Shown here in pieces: positions 21,981 to 32,053 of a DNA stretch of 64,000 bases. How positions within the stretch are numbered: the stretch's first letter is position 1; each line of letters begins with the position of its first letter. This DNA comes from a virus: positions 1 through 64,000 of IMG/VR virus record IMGVR_UViG_3300036770_003326; one strand, given 5' to 3'. A program made the translations under genes and the position numbers. The notes beneath the pieces were generated by a model that saw only the letters and a list, made by a program, of their open reading frames with translations, was not told the origin of the DNA and did no database searches.

Positions 21981-22695
21981 TTTGCTGTCCTTGTGGCGCG
22001 ACCATCATAGCCTGTGTTTTATCATCTTGAGCATTATTATTGTCATCAAGTCTATTAATGCTTTTCTGCATTAGTTGTTGTAAAATTTGAGGTTTAATAT
22101 ATTCCCACATCCATAAATTTAAAGGATATGGTTCTGAAGATTTATAACATGGCAAGCCGTTTACACAACTTACGTATTCTCCTAATTCTGTTGGATCTTC
22201 AAAAATTCCTCTTAAAGTAATATATTTTAATAAGCTTACACTAGGGTCTTTGCTTATTACATAAATATATTGATTATAAATAAAAGCGTAAATAGCTCTT
22301 TGTGTAGTTCTTCCGTGGCCTACATATGGCACTCTAGAATAATCTATTAAAACAAATCTAGGCTTAGTAATATCTGCTGGACCTATAGCTGCTATTCCTT
22401 TTGTAAAATATAATTCAATAGTATTAGGAATAACTTTTTTAGTGCGAAGTACTTTACATTGGTTGGGCACTTCAATGCAACAATCTATTGGATTTACTAA
22501 TTCTAATTCTAAGCAAGATAATGTTTGTAATACATATGGGTCTATACTGCGATTTTTGTTGTACTCATTGCGCATCCATAATGCACGTTGGCCATTAATT
22601 AAATCTGTAAAGAATTCATATGAAAATGAAGACTCAATAGAATTTATTGCTAAAGCTTCGTCAATTTGAGCATGAAGATCGTCTAGAGTCAACAT
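21973..22695 (-). CDS. Neck/ring structural protein
   Basis: 240 aa; LRGIFEDP motif; crAss-like synteny. Confidence 0.65.
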   Translation of the reverse strand: MLTLDDLHAQIDEALAINSIESSFSYEFFTDLINGQRALWMRNEYNKNRSIDPYVLQTLSCLELELVNPIDCCIEVPNQCKVLRTKKVIPNTIELYFTKGIAAIGPADITKPRFVLIDYSRVPYVGHGRTTQRAIYAFIYNQYIYVISKDPSVSLLKYITLRGIFEDPTELGEYVSCVNGLPCYKSSEPYPLNLWMWEYIKPQILQQLMQKSINRLDDNNNAQDDKTQAMMVAPQGQQNE

Positions 22696-22700
22696 AATAA

Positions 22701-22708
22701 CAAATATA
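22701..22708 (-). promoter_or_regulatory. Bacteroidota -7 promoter box TATATTTG
   Basis: Minus strand reads TATATTTGttattATG, matching the TAnnTTTG consensus. Confidence 0.5.
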
Positions 22709-22720
22709 AGTGTTTAATTA

Positions 22721-22861
22721 TTATCTTCCTTGTCCTCTATAAACTTTTTTATAGTTCTTAGAGGTTTTTATTTTACTACTTTTAGTCTTCGCGTGCACGC
22801 CTGGGCGAGAGACTTTTACAGCTAATTTACTGTTTAATGCGGGTTCTTTAATTTTTGCCAT
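22721..22861 (-). CDS. Small basic protein (46 aa)
   Basis: Translated by hand: [46 protein letters not shown]. Confidence 0.65.
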   Translation of the reverse strand: MAKIKEPALNSKLAVKVSRPGVHAKTKSSKIKTSKNYKKVYRGQGR

Positions 22862-23019
22862 TATCTATTCTTTAAAGTAAAGTTTAAAATAGTAATAAGA
22901 TAAAATTCTCTAGATAAATCTAGTTCAAGAGTAAAAATATCTACACTAGATAATCTAAATCTTATCATTACTTTGTCCCATTGTTTACGGGTTGTTCCCC
23001 AGTTACTTCTAAATTTCAT
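22861..23019 (-). CDS. Small hypothetical protein (52 aa)
   Basis: Translated by hand: [23 protein letters not shown]...; start and stop overlap both neighbours. Confidence 0.6.
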   Translation of the reverse strand: MKFRSNWGTTRKQWDKVMIRFRLSSVDIFTLELDLSREFYLITILNFTLKNR

Positions 23020-23483
23020 GATCCTATTTCAAAATGCATCCAGTCATAATTCTTTTCTCTACCTAAGCTTATAAATCCATGTTTATAAAACACATCTATC
23101 ATAGCTTTATATTCAGGTCTTGCAAATCTAGCAGTCTTGCTTGTTTCTTTTAAAGTATTTCTAGCAGGATCTAAATCAATAGCAATTCCCCAAGAATGTT
23201 TACTCCATGCAGAACCACCTCTCATCTTACGGTAATTAAAACAACCACCAAATAGATCAATCCCTAGCTCTTTAATTCTAGGCAAACCATAAGTAGTAAG
23301 CAATTCTTTAAATACAGCTTCAAATTTATCTGCTACTAATTTGTGACATCTCATCTTAGTAACAATCTCGTCTGTATCCCATGCCAATCTCATTGGATAT
23401 GGAAGTGTTATTGTAACTAAATACCCCGCACCTGTTTCATTAGGAGTACCGTACTTTTTTATAGTTTGTGCTGTTGTTAACAT
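23016..23483 (-). CDS. Endolysin, peptidase M15 family
   Basis: RKMRGG...[10 protein letters not shown]...DWMHFE (SxHxxGxAxD / HxE zinc motifs). Confidence 0.88.
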   Translation of the reverse strand: MLTTAQTIKKYGTPNETGAGYLVTITLPYPMRLAWDTDEIVTKMRCHKLVADKFEAVFKELLTTYGLPRIKELGIDLFGGCFNYRKMRGGSAWSKHSWGIAIDLDPARNTLKETSKTARFARPEYKAMIDVFYKHGFISLGREKNYDWMHFEIGS

Positions 23484-23489
23484 ATTATT

Positions 23490-23798
23490 TTAATGAATTC
23501 TATTATTAAATTTTTTGGTATAAATTTTTCCTAACCAATTACCTATTCTTCGTAAAAAAGAATTTTGAGCATCAACTGTAACAGTTGTACCTTCTTCAGT
23601 TTTAATAACATTCACATCAAGCTTTTCACTATCAAGTTTAAATTCTTGTTTTACTTCATCTTTGTGAATCTCAACATCTACCTTAGGAGTATCAACTACT
23701 ACATCAAGTTTCTTACCTTCTTTTTTTACTTTAGCTTTAACTTTCTTAGTTTTAACATTAACTTCTAAGTCTTCAATTTTCTTTGCTTTCTTTGTCAT
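23490..23798 (-). CDS. Hypothetical Lys/Val-rich protein in lysis block
   Basis: 102-aa ORF. Confidence 0.55.
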   Translation of the reverse strand: MTKKAKKIEDLEVNVKTKKVKAKVKKEGKKLDVVVDTPKVDVEIHKDEVKQEFKLDSEKLDVNVIKTEEGTTVTVDAQNSFLRRIGNWLGKIYTKKFNNRIH

Positions 23799-24021
23799 CT
23801 TTCTTTATTTTATTATCTTCTACTGTTAATTGTGATAATGTAGCTGCTGTAGTTGCTACTGTTGCTACATAAGTTGCTGCAGTTATTACTGCTGCTGGAA
23901 GTGTTACTGGTGCTGCTAAAACTGCTCCAGCAACTGCACCTGTAATTAATGCCCACCTTTGTACTCTTTTCCAAAACTTAGGTGTTTTATCATTCCATCT
24001 TTCCTTAATATTCTTTTCCAT
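23773..24021 (-). CDS. Holin-like membrane protein
   Basis: TPKFWKRV followed by an Ala-rich hydrophobic hairpin; near the endolysin. Confidence 0.65.
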   Translation of the reverse strand: MEKNIKERWNDKTPKFWKRVQRWALITGAVAGAVLAAPVTLPAAVITAATYVATVATTAATLSQLTVEDNKIKKDDKESKEN

Positions 24022-24022
24022 T

Positions 24023-24304
24023 TTATTTTCCTTTTATGAAGTATTTATAATGAAAATGCGCTCCCCAAATAAATACCATAGCAAAAGATACATGAACTAA
24101 AAAAGAGGCTTCAGTACCTACTGTTAAAGCATCATATAAACTTCCTGCAGCTCCAAGAGATAATGCAATTCTTACTGAAATAGCTTCAAATAAATTAACT
24201 TTTTTCATTTTACCTTTATCTCTATTTACAAAGTAAAGAAAAAATATTAAACTAATTGCAATAACTAAATCTGCAACACTATTGATTACTTGTATTATTT
24301 TCAT
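24023..24304 (-). CDS. Membrane protein (about 3 TM), lysis accessory
   Basis: Hydrophobic segments. Confidence 0.55.
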   Translation of the reverse strand: MKIIQVINSVADLVIAISLIFFLYFVNRDKGKMKKVNLFEAISVRIALSLGAAGSLYDALTVGTEASFLVHVSFAMVFIWGAHFHYKYFIKGK

Positions 24305-24584
24305 TTTCAGCTTGGTCTATTAAATATTGACTAACAAATTCAACACCCTTCACTCCCAAAAATCCTAGTATAAATGCTATTGACATTTCATATTTAGTAT
24401 CTACACGAATAATATCCATAATTATTGGAGTAATATAATTGGCACTTGCAACTCCCGTAACAATAGCAAAAAAAGTAGTTTTTAAATTATTCTTTTGCTT
24501 TTTACCTATTAGGATTAATGATCCAAAGAAACCAGCTACACTGATTCCAATATTAAAGCCTATTTCTTGTAGTAACTGTTTCAT
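24279..24584 (-). CDS. Putative holin
   Basis: About 3 TM segments; AGFFGSL...FILGFLG pattern. Confidence 0.65.
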   Translation of the reverse strand: MKQLLQEIGFNIGISVAGFFGSLILIGKKQKNNLKTTFFAIVTGVASANYITPIIMDIIRVDTKYEMSIAFILGFLGVKGVEFVSQYLIDQAENENNTSNQ

Positions 24585-24589
24585 TTTAA

Positions 24590-24904
24590 TTATAGTGTAA
24601 GATCTATAATAACTTCATACCCTTGTTGCTCATAAGCTATCTTAGCATATTTATGAGCTGTCTCTAAAGATTGTACTTCACCTTCTTCAAGATTAGCTTG
24701 ATAACTTCCAATAGGAACATCAGTATAAAGCATTTTACCTTCTGCAAATGTTTCTGCATTAGCAAATGTTGCTACCTCACCTTGAATTGTAGTTCCTGTA
24801 AAATCACCTACAAAACGGATTCTACCATAAACCTCTAGTAACTCAATACCTGTCCCTGAGATTGTAATCTTTTTTTCTTCTGTTGCTTTAATTAATATTG
24901 CCAT
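24590..24904 (-). CDS. Tail-fibre-associated protein (possible chaperone)
   Basis: 104 aa directly downstream of the tail fibre gene. Confidence 0.5.
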   Translation of the reverse strand: MAILIKATEEKKITISGTGIELLEVYGRIRFVGDFTGTTIQGEVATFANAETFAEGKMLYTDVPIGSYQANLEEGEVQSLETAHKYAKIAYEQQGYEVIIDLTL

Positions 24905-24945
24905 TTTTTTATGTTTTAAAATTTTACGCTAATATACTATTTTTT

Positions 24946-26058
24946 TTATTGGAGAATACCTAAATTTCTTAACGCTTTAACTACTTGTCCAATTGTATAA
25001 CCATCAAATGTGGCTGTATCATTTAATATCCCTGATGTATTAGTTACAAATGTAGCTGCTGCAACTCCTGTTGTTTCTTGATACAACTTAACAATAGAAC
25101 CATTCTCTGTTCTGAAATGTGGTGCTGCATTACCTGCTGTGATGTCATTAGAATACTGAATATATCCATCCGTTATACTTACAGAAGGAACTCTTGGAGT
25201 AGATAACTGATAATGATTTAATCCATCTGCTTCCCCTCTAATAGTAAACATTTCACTAAATATGTTTCTATTAAAAGACGCTCCACCTGTATTACTTGGT
25301 GCAACGTGAAATTGAATGTTACTGCCAGCACCACTACCAGTCCCATTGGGAGAAAAGAATCTAACAGGATGTGCAGCGGCACTAATATTTCCTGGTCCTC
25401 CTGCCATTCCTGAAACTCTAAAATCTAAACCTCTTAAATTTGCCCCAGAACTTGCCTCTCCACCTGTGGATACCCACCAAGTGTTTACAGGAAAAGCATC
25501 ACTTCCACAGAAAAAATGATTTGAATTACTTACAAAAACCCCTCTACCTAACCCAATAGAATTAGTAAATGTTCCTTGAGTAAAACCATCACCAATTATT
25601 GTATTTCCATTTCCTTGTAGAATAGCACCACTTCCTCTACCAATAACAACACAGTTTGAACTTGTTGTTGATAATGAAGCTACATTATAACCCAAAAATA
25701 TTCCTTGATTTGTATTATTTGTACCTGTTAAATAAGCTGCATGTCTAAATGGTACTGATTGTATCCATTCAGAACCATCTCCTCTAAATGATACTAAATC
25801 AGCTGTATCAGCACTGTTTCTAACTCTAAAAGCCACATCTGTTGACAAAGCTCCTTGAGCTCTTACATCAAGTCTAACATTTGAAGCTGGCGTTGCACCT
25901 ACTCCTAATCTCTTATTAGTGTTATCCCAAAAGAATGCAGAATCTTGCTGAACTACTCCACCTGCTTGAAAGAATACTCTACCATCTGTTCCTGATGTTA
26001 CAGCTGTTGTTCCTACTGTAATATCTGATGAAGGTGCTATATTTATTCCTGTACTCAT
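24946..26058 (-). CDS. Tail fibre / receptor-binding protein
   Basis: FFWDNTNKRLGVG fibre motif; Gly/Asn/Ser-rich beta repeats; C-terminal VVKALRNLGIL trimerisation-like end. Confidence 0.75.
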   Translation of the reverse strand: MSTGINIAPSSDITVGTTAVTSGTDGRVFFQAGGVVQQDSAFFWDNTNKRLGVGATPASNVRLDVRAQGALSTDVAFRVRNSADTADLVSFRGDGSEWIQSVPFRHAAYLTGTNNTNQGIFLGYNVASLSTTSSNCVVIGRGSGAILQGNGNTIIGDGFTQGTFTNSIGLGRGVFVSNSNHFFCGSDAFPVNTWWVSTGGEASSGANLRGLDFRVSGMAGGPGNISAAAHPVRFFSPNGTGSGAGSNIQFHVAPSNTGGASFNRNIFSEMFTIRGEADGLNHYQLSTPRVPSVSITDGYIQYSNDITAGNAAPHFRTENGSIVKLYQETTGVAAATFVTNTSGILNDTATFDGYTIGQVVKALRNLGILQ

Positions 26059-26059
26059 C

Positions 26060-26617
26060 TTAATATATTTTTGTTAAAATAAATGTTTCACTATAAATGC
26101 TATTTCCTAAATCTGCTGTAGCCCATTCTGCTGTTATATCTAATGTGTTGCTTATAGTAGTGTCAAAAGTAGTGTTGTTTACCGTAGTAAATCCAAATCC
26201 TTGTAAACTAGCATTACTTGTTTTTAAATAAGTAAATCTTCCTGATGCTGATATTTCTGCAACACCTGCTGTTCCTATTTGCCTAATAGTAAAATAAATA
26301 CTTAATGTCCATACATCATTTATTACACTACTACCTAAGTCTTGTAGTCCGCTATCTAGTAAAACAACTGAACCAGATTTTATCCTTATAGTTATATCCT
26401 CATTGTTTACAGCATTCATGATACCACTCATCTCTGCTTTAAAACTATCTCCTACTTTAAAGAAATTAGCAGGTACAGATAAACCACCTACTCCACCATC
26501 TATTAATGTTGTTTCAGTAGTAGTATTGGTAATAGAAGTACTATTTGCTGTCTGAGCAAATAAACCTCCTATAATAGTGAAAGAGTTAGCATTTAATATG
26601 TTTATCTGTGTACTCAT
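26060..26617 (-). CDS. Tail-associated beta-rich protein
   Basis: 185 aa, Thr/Ser-rich. Confidence 0.55.
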   Translation of the reverse strand: MSTQINILNANSFTIIGGLFAQTANSTSITNTTTETTLIDGGVGGLSVPANFFKVGDSFKAEMSGIMNAVNNEDITIRIKSGSVVLLDSGLQDLGSSVINDVWTLSIYFTIRQIGTAGVAEISASGRFTYLKTSNASLQGFGFTTVNNTTFDTTISNTLDITAEWATADLGNSIYSETFILTKIY

Positions 26618-26844
26618 TCTTCTGTTGTTACTTCAAATTGTGTTGGTTCTCCTAATATTACTCTAATTGACTCATCAAAGACAATATACCAAAATATAGG
26701 TGTATCAAGTTCTGCTGTTTCATAGTCAACCCAATATTGAGTGACATCATCAGGTTTAACAGGTAAGCCATAATAATCAGCACATTGTTTACGTGCGTTT
26801 ATTGCCTCTTGTTCATTCGTGTATTTGTAGCCATCAATAAGCAT
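26614..26844 (-). CDS. Hypothetical protein
   Basis: 76 aa; overlaps both neighbours. Confidence 0.6.
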   Translation of the reverse strand: MLIDGYKYTNEQEAINARKQCADYYGLPVKPDDVTQYWVDYETAELDTPIFWYIVFDESIRVILGEPTQFEVTTEE

Positions 26845-27685
26845 CCCAATAAGTATTTATGTTATCTTCTATTCCTGTTCTATTTGCACTTTGTTCTGAA
26901 TCCCAGTATATGTATTCTTGGTATTGACCTGAAGTGTATTGATTTGTTGAAACTTGACCAAATGTAGTAAGTGTTACAGCAACAGGTGCTTGTGTTGCTG
27001 TATTTGTTAATTGAACCCCATTACGATAAGCAACTTTTAAATCTGCAGAATCTCTTAATGAAGTCATAATACATCTTCCTGTCGTAGATATATTATCATA
27101 ACTTAATAAAGTTGACATATAACTAACAACTTGATATGAAGCTGCTGAATTTCTCCACCATAAAACACAAGGGGCATTCCCTGTTGAATTACCTAAATGA
27201 ATCAAATTGTCTGTTGTTGTAGCACCCCTTCTCCACATTGAAACAGATAAGTATTTTGTGTTTGTACTTATTCCACTTGTTAACGCATATCTATCAGAAG
27301 CCCAAGTTGTTGTTATTTTACTTGTATCAGCATCCAAAATTAAACTACCACTTGAAACAATTTGACATTGGTTAGCTGCTGTTGCCTGTGTTGAATTATT
27401 AGCATTACCGCTTTGGTCGTACCAAGTTGTTATAAATCCATTACCAGCACCACAAAATGTAAGCAAAGATGCCGTATCTAAATTACCACCTACAAAGTTA
27501 ATATCCTGCTCTGCATTATCACTTGAACGTCTTACTCTTATTGCTGCCCCTGTGTATGCTGTTCTTAATTGTCTTAATGAATAAGCAACCGCTGCTCCTG
27601 TATAGGTGTCAAGTAGTAAAGGACTAGCTGGAGGAGCTAGTGAAGCTAAATAAATACCAGTATTTCCGCCTAAGATAACAGGCAT
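26834..27685 (-). CDS. LamG / arabinofuranosidase-B-like carbohydrate-binding virion protein
   Basis: AYSLRQLRTAYTGAAIRVRRSSDNAEQDI...TWYDQSGN motif. Confidence 0.7.
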   Translation of the reverse strand: MPVILGGNTGIYLASLAPPASPLLLDTYTGAAVAYSLRQLRTAYTGAAIRVRRSSDNAEQDINFVGGNLDTASLLTFCGAGNGFITTWYDQSGNANNSTQATAANQCQIVSSGSLILDADTSKITTTWASDRYALTSGISTNTKYLSVSMWRRGATTTDNLIHLGNSTGNAPCVLWWRNSAASYQVVSYMSTLLSYDNISTTGRCIMTSLRDSADLKVAYRNGVQLTNTATQAPVAVTLTTFGQVSTNQYTSGQYQEYIYWDSEQSANRTGIEDNINTYWDAY

Positions 27686-27687
27686 GA

Positions 27688-28107
27688 TTAATAAACAAAA
27701 ATGATTATAAACTCAGTTCCTGTTGCATCATAAGCAAAGGAAGTAAAGTAATTGTTTACAGCATCAGCAGAGAAGTTTAATACTTCTCCTGGTTTAATTG
27801 TAGTACCACTTAGTACAGTTCCATTAGCAGCACCTACGTTAGCTACAGATACAGAATAGAAAGTGGCAGCAGAAGAACTAACATTACCAGAAGCAGTAGG
27901 TCTAATGATACCAGGAGTTCTAGCTATCCCTAATTGATCACTAGCCAAAGTAACAGCTACTGAATCTTGCATTAATTGCTGTCCAATAGGAGATACTATA
28001 TTTGCATCAATTGTATCGTTTACTTTGACTAATAATTCTTGTTGTCCTGTAACAAATGCGGAGGTATTATTAGGACCCCCTTTTATAACGACTTCTCTTT
28101 GTGACAT
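27688..28107 (-). CDS. Putative structural protein
   Basis: 139 aa, in the tail gene block. Confidence 0.55.
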   Translation of the reverse strand: MSQREVVIKGGPNNTSAFVTGQQELLVKVNDTIDANIVSPIGQQLMQDSVAVTLASDQLGIARTPGIIRPTASGNVSSSAATFYSVSVANVGAANGTVLSGTTIKPGEVLNFSADAVNNYFTSFAYDATGTEFIIIFVY

Positions 28108-28130
28108 TGTTTTAAATTTTATCTAAATTA

Positions 28131-29324
28131 CTATTTATTTATTAATTTTTTTATTGTATTATACTCTAAATTATTATATAATACAGTATTTTCTTCTATA
28201 TCTCTAGAATCGTAGCAGTTTAAAATTTCTAAAACTCTTCTTTGTAGTTTTAAATTTTCTAAAGCATGACAATCTACGTTACCAAACATTAGCCCATGAA
28301 TATAATCTAATACACATTTAGAAAACTCACATTGTTTTTCCCATACTAATAATTCAAAACAATTATTTTCTACAGGAGGACATATTCTCAAACATAAGTC
28401 TCCTGTTATTTCATAAGTTTCTGTACTATATCTAGTAGTTTCTCCTTCAAATTTTGAAAAGAAAGTTCCTGTAGGAACATCAGTAGATGGATCGAAATTA
28501 AATCCTTGATAGGTTCCGCTTGCTACATCTTGTAATATCCAACATGATATTCCAAAAGGAGCTTCTGCAGCTACAGGTGCTGGAGCCCAATAAATAGTAG
28601 AAAATGCTCCAATAAAATTATTATAGAAAGTAAAAGATTTTCTATTATTTACTGTAGTATAATCCCATACTATTTGGTTATCCAAACTTCCTAATACTAA
28701 GAAATTTAAACCTTGATATTCTATTATAGTATTAGTAGCAGCATCTCTAAGTATAACTCCTAAAAAACTTCTATTAGGACCAGGTTGTGTATATAAAGTG
28801 CTATTATCGTTAGATATATATACAACTGATTGTATAATAGGTTGTTGATATTGAGCTATTGGAAAAGGCGATGTAAGAGAATCTAAATAAATTCCTGGTG
28901 CAATGTATTCTTCTATTGCAGGATCTAATTTAAAAACATAATTTCCTAAAGTTCCAGGAAGTCCTAAAGTATCTTCATTAGACCAAGGAGAACATACTTG
29001 TCCTAAAATAAATTCTCCCGTAGTTAAATTTACTATATATTTAGTAGTTAGTTTCCAATCTCCTTCAGGACAAGAACTAGAAATATCTAAAGTTCCTACT
29101 TCTTGAGGGTCATAACCAGGAATAGTTTCAACTAAACTCCAATAAAAAACTTTTCCTTCTATAAAAAGTATTGTATAATCTACAAGTACAGGTTCTCCAC
29201 CAGGATTAGTATCTATAGAAAAACTATAATTATAATTTACTCCGTTAAATACTCCTTCAACTATTATTACAGTTGGACTTTCTGCTCCAGTTAATAAATA
29301 TGATATTTGTATAGTAGGACACAT
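28131..29324 (-). CDS. Tail hub / accessory structural protein
   Basis: 397 aa with a Cys-containing helical C-terminus. Confidence 0.5.
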   Translation of the reverse strand: MCPTIQISYLLTGAESPTVIIVEGVFNGVNYNYSFSIDTNPGGEPVLVDYTILFIEGKVFYWSLVETIPGYDPQEVGTLDISSSCPEGDWKLTTKYIVNLTTGEFILGQVCSPWSNEDTLGLPGTLGNYVFKLDPAIEEYIAPGIYLDSLTSPFPIAQYQQPIIQSVVYISNDNSTLYTQPGPNRSFLGVILRDAATNTIIEYQGLNFLVLGSLDNQIVWDYTTVNNRKSFTFYNNFIGAFSTIYWAPAPVAAEAPFGISCWILQDVASGTYQGFNFDPSTDVPTGTFFSKFEGETTRYSTETYEITGDLCLRICPPVENNCFELLVWEKQCEFSKCVLDYIHGLMFGNVDCHALENLKLQRRVLEILNCYDSRDIEENTVLYNNLEYNTIKKLINK

Positions 29325-29788
29325 TAAGCTATTATAACAATTCTAACAAAAACGTTTAATCCTGTTCCTCCTAAATTTACTGTTAAATCTCCTGAAATAG
29401 TATCTATAGATGTATTAGCATTATTTGCTAGTATCCAAGAATTTCCTGGAGTAGGAGGTTCATTTGTTCTAAACCAAACTTGTACATGAAAATCTCCAAA
29501 AGGTGTTGCACTTGTTTCTCCTAGAAAGCATCCTGAAGGCAAAGTTCCGCAAGATGTTAATAGTGCATTACTAATTACAAAATCGGTATCATCTGCTCCA
29601 CTACTTTCTAATACAGCTTTAAATGTTCCTTCTCCTGGAGCACCTGTAAAATCAGGTGTAGTAAAAGTAGAACCATTAGTTAAAAATATAGTAAAGGTAC
29701 CGTCATTATTATTAGTAATAACTTGTATTCCTACACCGTCACTGCCTTTAAAAAGCGTAACATCTTTGCAATCTTTACATCCACACAT
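29324..29788 (-). CDS. Tail-fibre-like structural protein
   Basis: GSDGVGI...NNDGTFTIFLTNG...TPDFTGAPG fibre-type repeat; N-terminal MCGCKDC. Confidence 0.55.
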   Translation of the reverse strand: MCGCKDCKDVTLFKGSDGVGIQVITNNNDGTFTIFLTNGSTFTTPDFTGAPGEGTFKAVLESSGADDTDFVISNALLTSCGTLPSGCFLGETSATPFGDFHVQVWFRTNEPPTPGNSWILANNANTSIDTISGDLTVNLGGTGLNVFVRIVIIA

Positions 29789-29792
29789 AGTA

Positions 29793-30632
29793 TTAACAAT
29801 TTTTTCCGCAGCCGCATCCTATACAGCCTAGAATAGTTTCACAAAAAGTTGTTGCTGCTGTTATTATTGCATCTGCTGTATCAAAATCTCCGCAAGCAAA
29901 TGCTGTTTTAATTCCGTAGATAAACATTTCCATTTGATCTACTTGTTCTTTTAATTTTTTTGTAGCAATCATATCGCAAGCTTCAACTAGTTTTACTACT
30001 AGATTGTCTTTACAATTGCATAAATTGCATATAAATAAAACATGTTGTTTTTCATTAGTATATGAATTACCGTCAGTGTCTATAATATTATATACTAATT
30101 GATAAATTCCGTCTGGATTAGACCATGAAGCTTCTGATATTGCTAAAAAACTTCCTGGAGTTGGAGCTGAAACTACGCCAGAATAAACATCTGTAGTTCC
30201 ATCATACATAATGTAATTAGATGTAAGAACTGTTCCATAAATTGTAGTTCCTGCAGGAATTACTTGTGGAATGTTTATTTCGTAAGTTCCTCCATCATTA
30301 CTTCCTGTACCTGTAATTACATCTGTAATTACTGTTCCAGGAGCTATGCCTGTACCTATTAATGTTTGGCCTATAGCAAAAGAACCTGTAAAATGTGTAG
30401 TGTCAGTAAATGTTGTGCCTGAAATTTCTCCTGAACCTGAAGCAAGTATTCCAGGAGTCTGTTCTAAATTATAGAACTGTACATCTGCATAGGCAATTTG
30501 CGCTGTATCTATATTACCATTTCCCCATCCTGTCTCATTAGTGCATTCAACATAAGGACCAGTTTCTTCAGTTAAACTGATTTTGTTACATTTATTATTT
30601 AAACTAGCTGATATTTTTGGAAGAAGAGCCAT
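29793..30632 (-). CDS. Tail hub-like structural protein
   Basis: 279 aa; Cys-rich C-terminus (CIGCGCGKNC). Confidence 0.55.
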   Translation of the reverse strand: MALLPKISASLNNKCNKISLTEETGPYVECTNETGWGNGNIDTAQIAYADVQFYNLEQTPGILASGSGEISGTTFTDTTHFTGSFAIGQTLIGTGIAPGTVITDVITGTGSNDGGTYEINIPQVIPAGTTIYGTVLTSNYIMYDGTTDVYSGVVSAPTPGSFLAISEASWSNPDGIYQLVYNIIDTDGNSYTNEKQHVLFICNLCNCKDNLVVKLVEACDMIATKKLKEQVDQMEMFIYGIKTAFACGDFDTADAIITAATTFCETILGCIGCGCGKNC

Positions 30633-30664
30633 AATTATTTATTTCAAAAATACTTAAAAATATA

Positions 30665-30712
30665 GTAGCCCGCCATAGAATAGACAGCAAATTTTTTCTA
30701 TGACGGGACTAC
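30665..30712 (-). terminator. Hairpin / putative intrinsic terminator
   Basis: Imperfect inverted repeat gtagcccgccatagaa...ttctatgacgggactac, followed by a T-run on the minus strand. Confidence 0.55.
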
Positions 30713-30725
30713 TTTGGGCGGAGAA

Positions 30726-32021
30726 TTACTCGTTTAAGTCAGATGCAGTAACACCTAATGCCGTAGCAAGAGTTTCACCAGTGTTATCAGGAGTAGTTGC
30801 TAAAATTCCTGAACCTGCATTGTCTGCAAGGTTTAACCAAAGAATAGCACTTCCTTTACCACCAGCCATAGATACTAGACCTGAGATACCTTCTTCCCAT
30901 GCAAGTGTAATTGCAGAGTACTTAGTAGTCAATGCTGTATTACCGCCTACACCAGGGATTTTAACTTCTTGATCACGGAAACGTGGAGGAACAGCCAACA
31001 TATCGTTTTGTCCTTCATAACCGTAGCTCATATACTCATCCATTGCAACTTGTTGCCACATACCGTTACCGTTACGTGCACCTTGTACATGTGTAACAAG
31101 AGTAGTAGAGTCAGAGAAAGTTACAGTGAATCTGTTTGCGTAGTAATCTCTAAATGCATTAACATCAAATGGAGCTTGAGCACCTGTAAGTCTAACACCG
31201 AAATTAGCTGTAGCAGCAACAGCAGCTGTAATTCTTCTAACATTAGCAACAGCAATAGTAGCAGTTCCACCTTGGTAAGCCCAAGCTAATGTAATTGTAT
31301 TTGGAGAATCTACTGCTTCTACTTTATAAACAGCTGTAGTTGTAGAAGTACCACCTAGTTTAATAAAGTCACCTGCAGCTACGTTAGTTACAGTACCATC
31401 TAATGTAACTACTTTAGAATTATAAGTAACTCCAAAATTAGCTACAGTACCTGTAATTGCAGCATCTGTTCCTGAAGAAATAATTTCAAAACGTAAGTAA
31501 CCATTAGCTGGCTCGTCAGAGAAATTCTTAACTCCGTTTGTAGCTAACAATTCTGCTAGTTCTGCTTGAGTACCTGTAGCGTCAGTTTTAACTGGCCCTG
31601 CAAATAAACTCATAGGTTGAGAACGGTTAGCAGCATCGTTATCATTTTTACGGATTTTAATCCAGAAATCTGTGTTGTTAGCTACTGGAAGAGCTCCTGT
31701 TGTACCGTTATATCCTACTACAGTAACTTGTTGTACTGCTGGACGGAATTTAGCGATAGAAATTTTTACTTTTCCTTTAGTTAATACAGGAGTTTTCATT
31801 AAAGGATTTCCAACACCTTTACCTTGTACAATAAAGAATTGCTCACCATCAGCTAAACCTGAAAGGGCGTTAATTCTTCTTAAACCTACATCAGTAAGTA
31901 CTACAGCACCGATAGCTAGGTTAGCATCAGTAACAACTGTACCTACAGCAGGCAATCCAGTAGTTGCTTGATTTACATCACTCAAGATTACTGAAAACAC
32001 ATTGTTTGCTTTACGTAACAT
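30726..32021 (-). CDS. Auxiliary capsid protein (crAss gene 74-like)
   Basis: 431 aa, Ala/Thr/Gly/Val-rich, third gene downstream of MCP. Confidence 0.65.
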   Translation of the reverse strand: MLRKANNVFSVILSDVNQATTGLPAVGTVVTDANLAIGAVVLTDVGLRRINALSGLADGEQFFIVQGKGVGNPLMKTPVLTKGKVKISIAKFRPAVQQVTVVGYNGTTGALPVANNTDFWIKIRKNDNDAANRSQPMSLFAGPVKTDATGTQAELAELLATNGVKNFSDEPANGYLRFEIISSGTDAAITGTVANFGVTYNSKVVTLDGTVTNVAAGDFIKLGGTSTTTAVYKVEAVDSPNTITLAWAYQGGTATIAVANVRRITAAVAATANFGVRLTGAQAPFDVNAFRDYYANRFTVTFSDSTTLVTHVQGARNGNGMWQQVAMDEYMSYGYEGQNDMLAVPPRFRDQEVKIPGVGGNTALTTKYSAITLAWEEGISGLVSMAGGKGSAILWLNLADNAGSGILATTPDNTGETLATALGVTASDLNE

Positions 32022-32053
32022 TTTATTTTAATTTAAAGTTAATATTTAATAAT

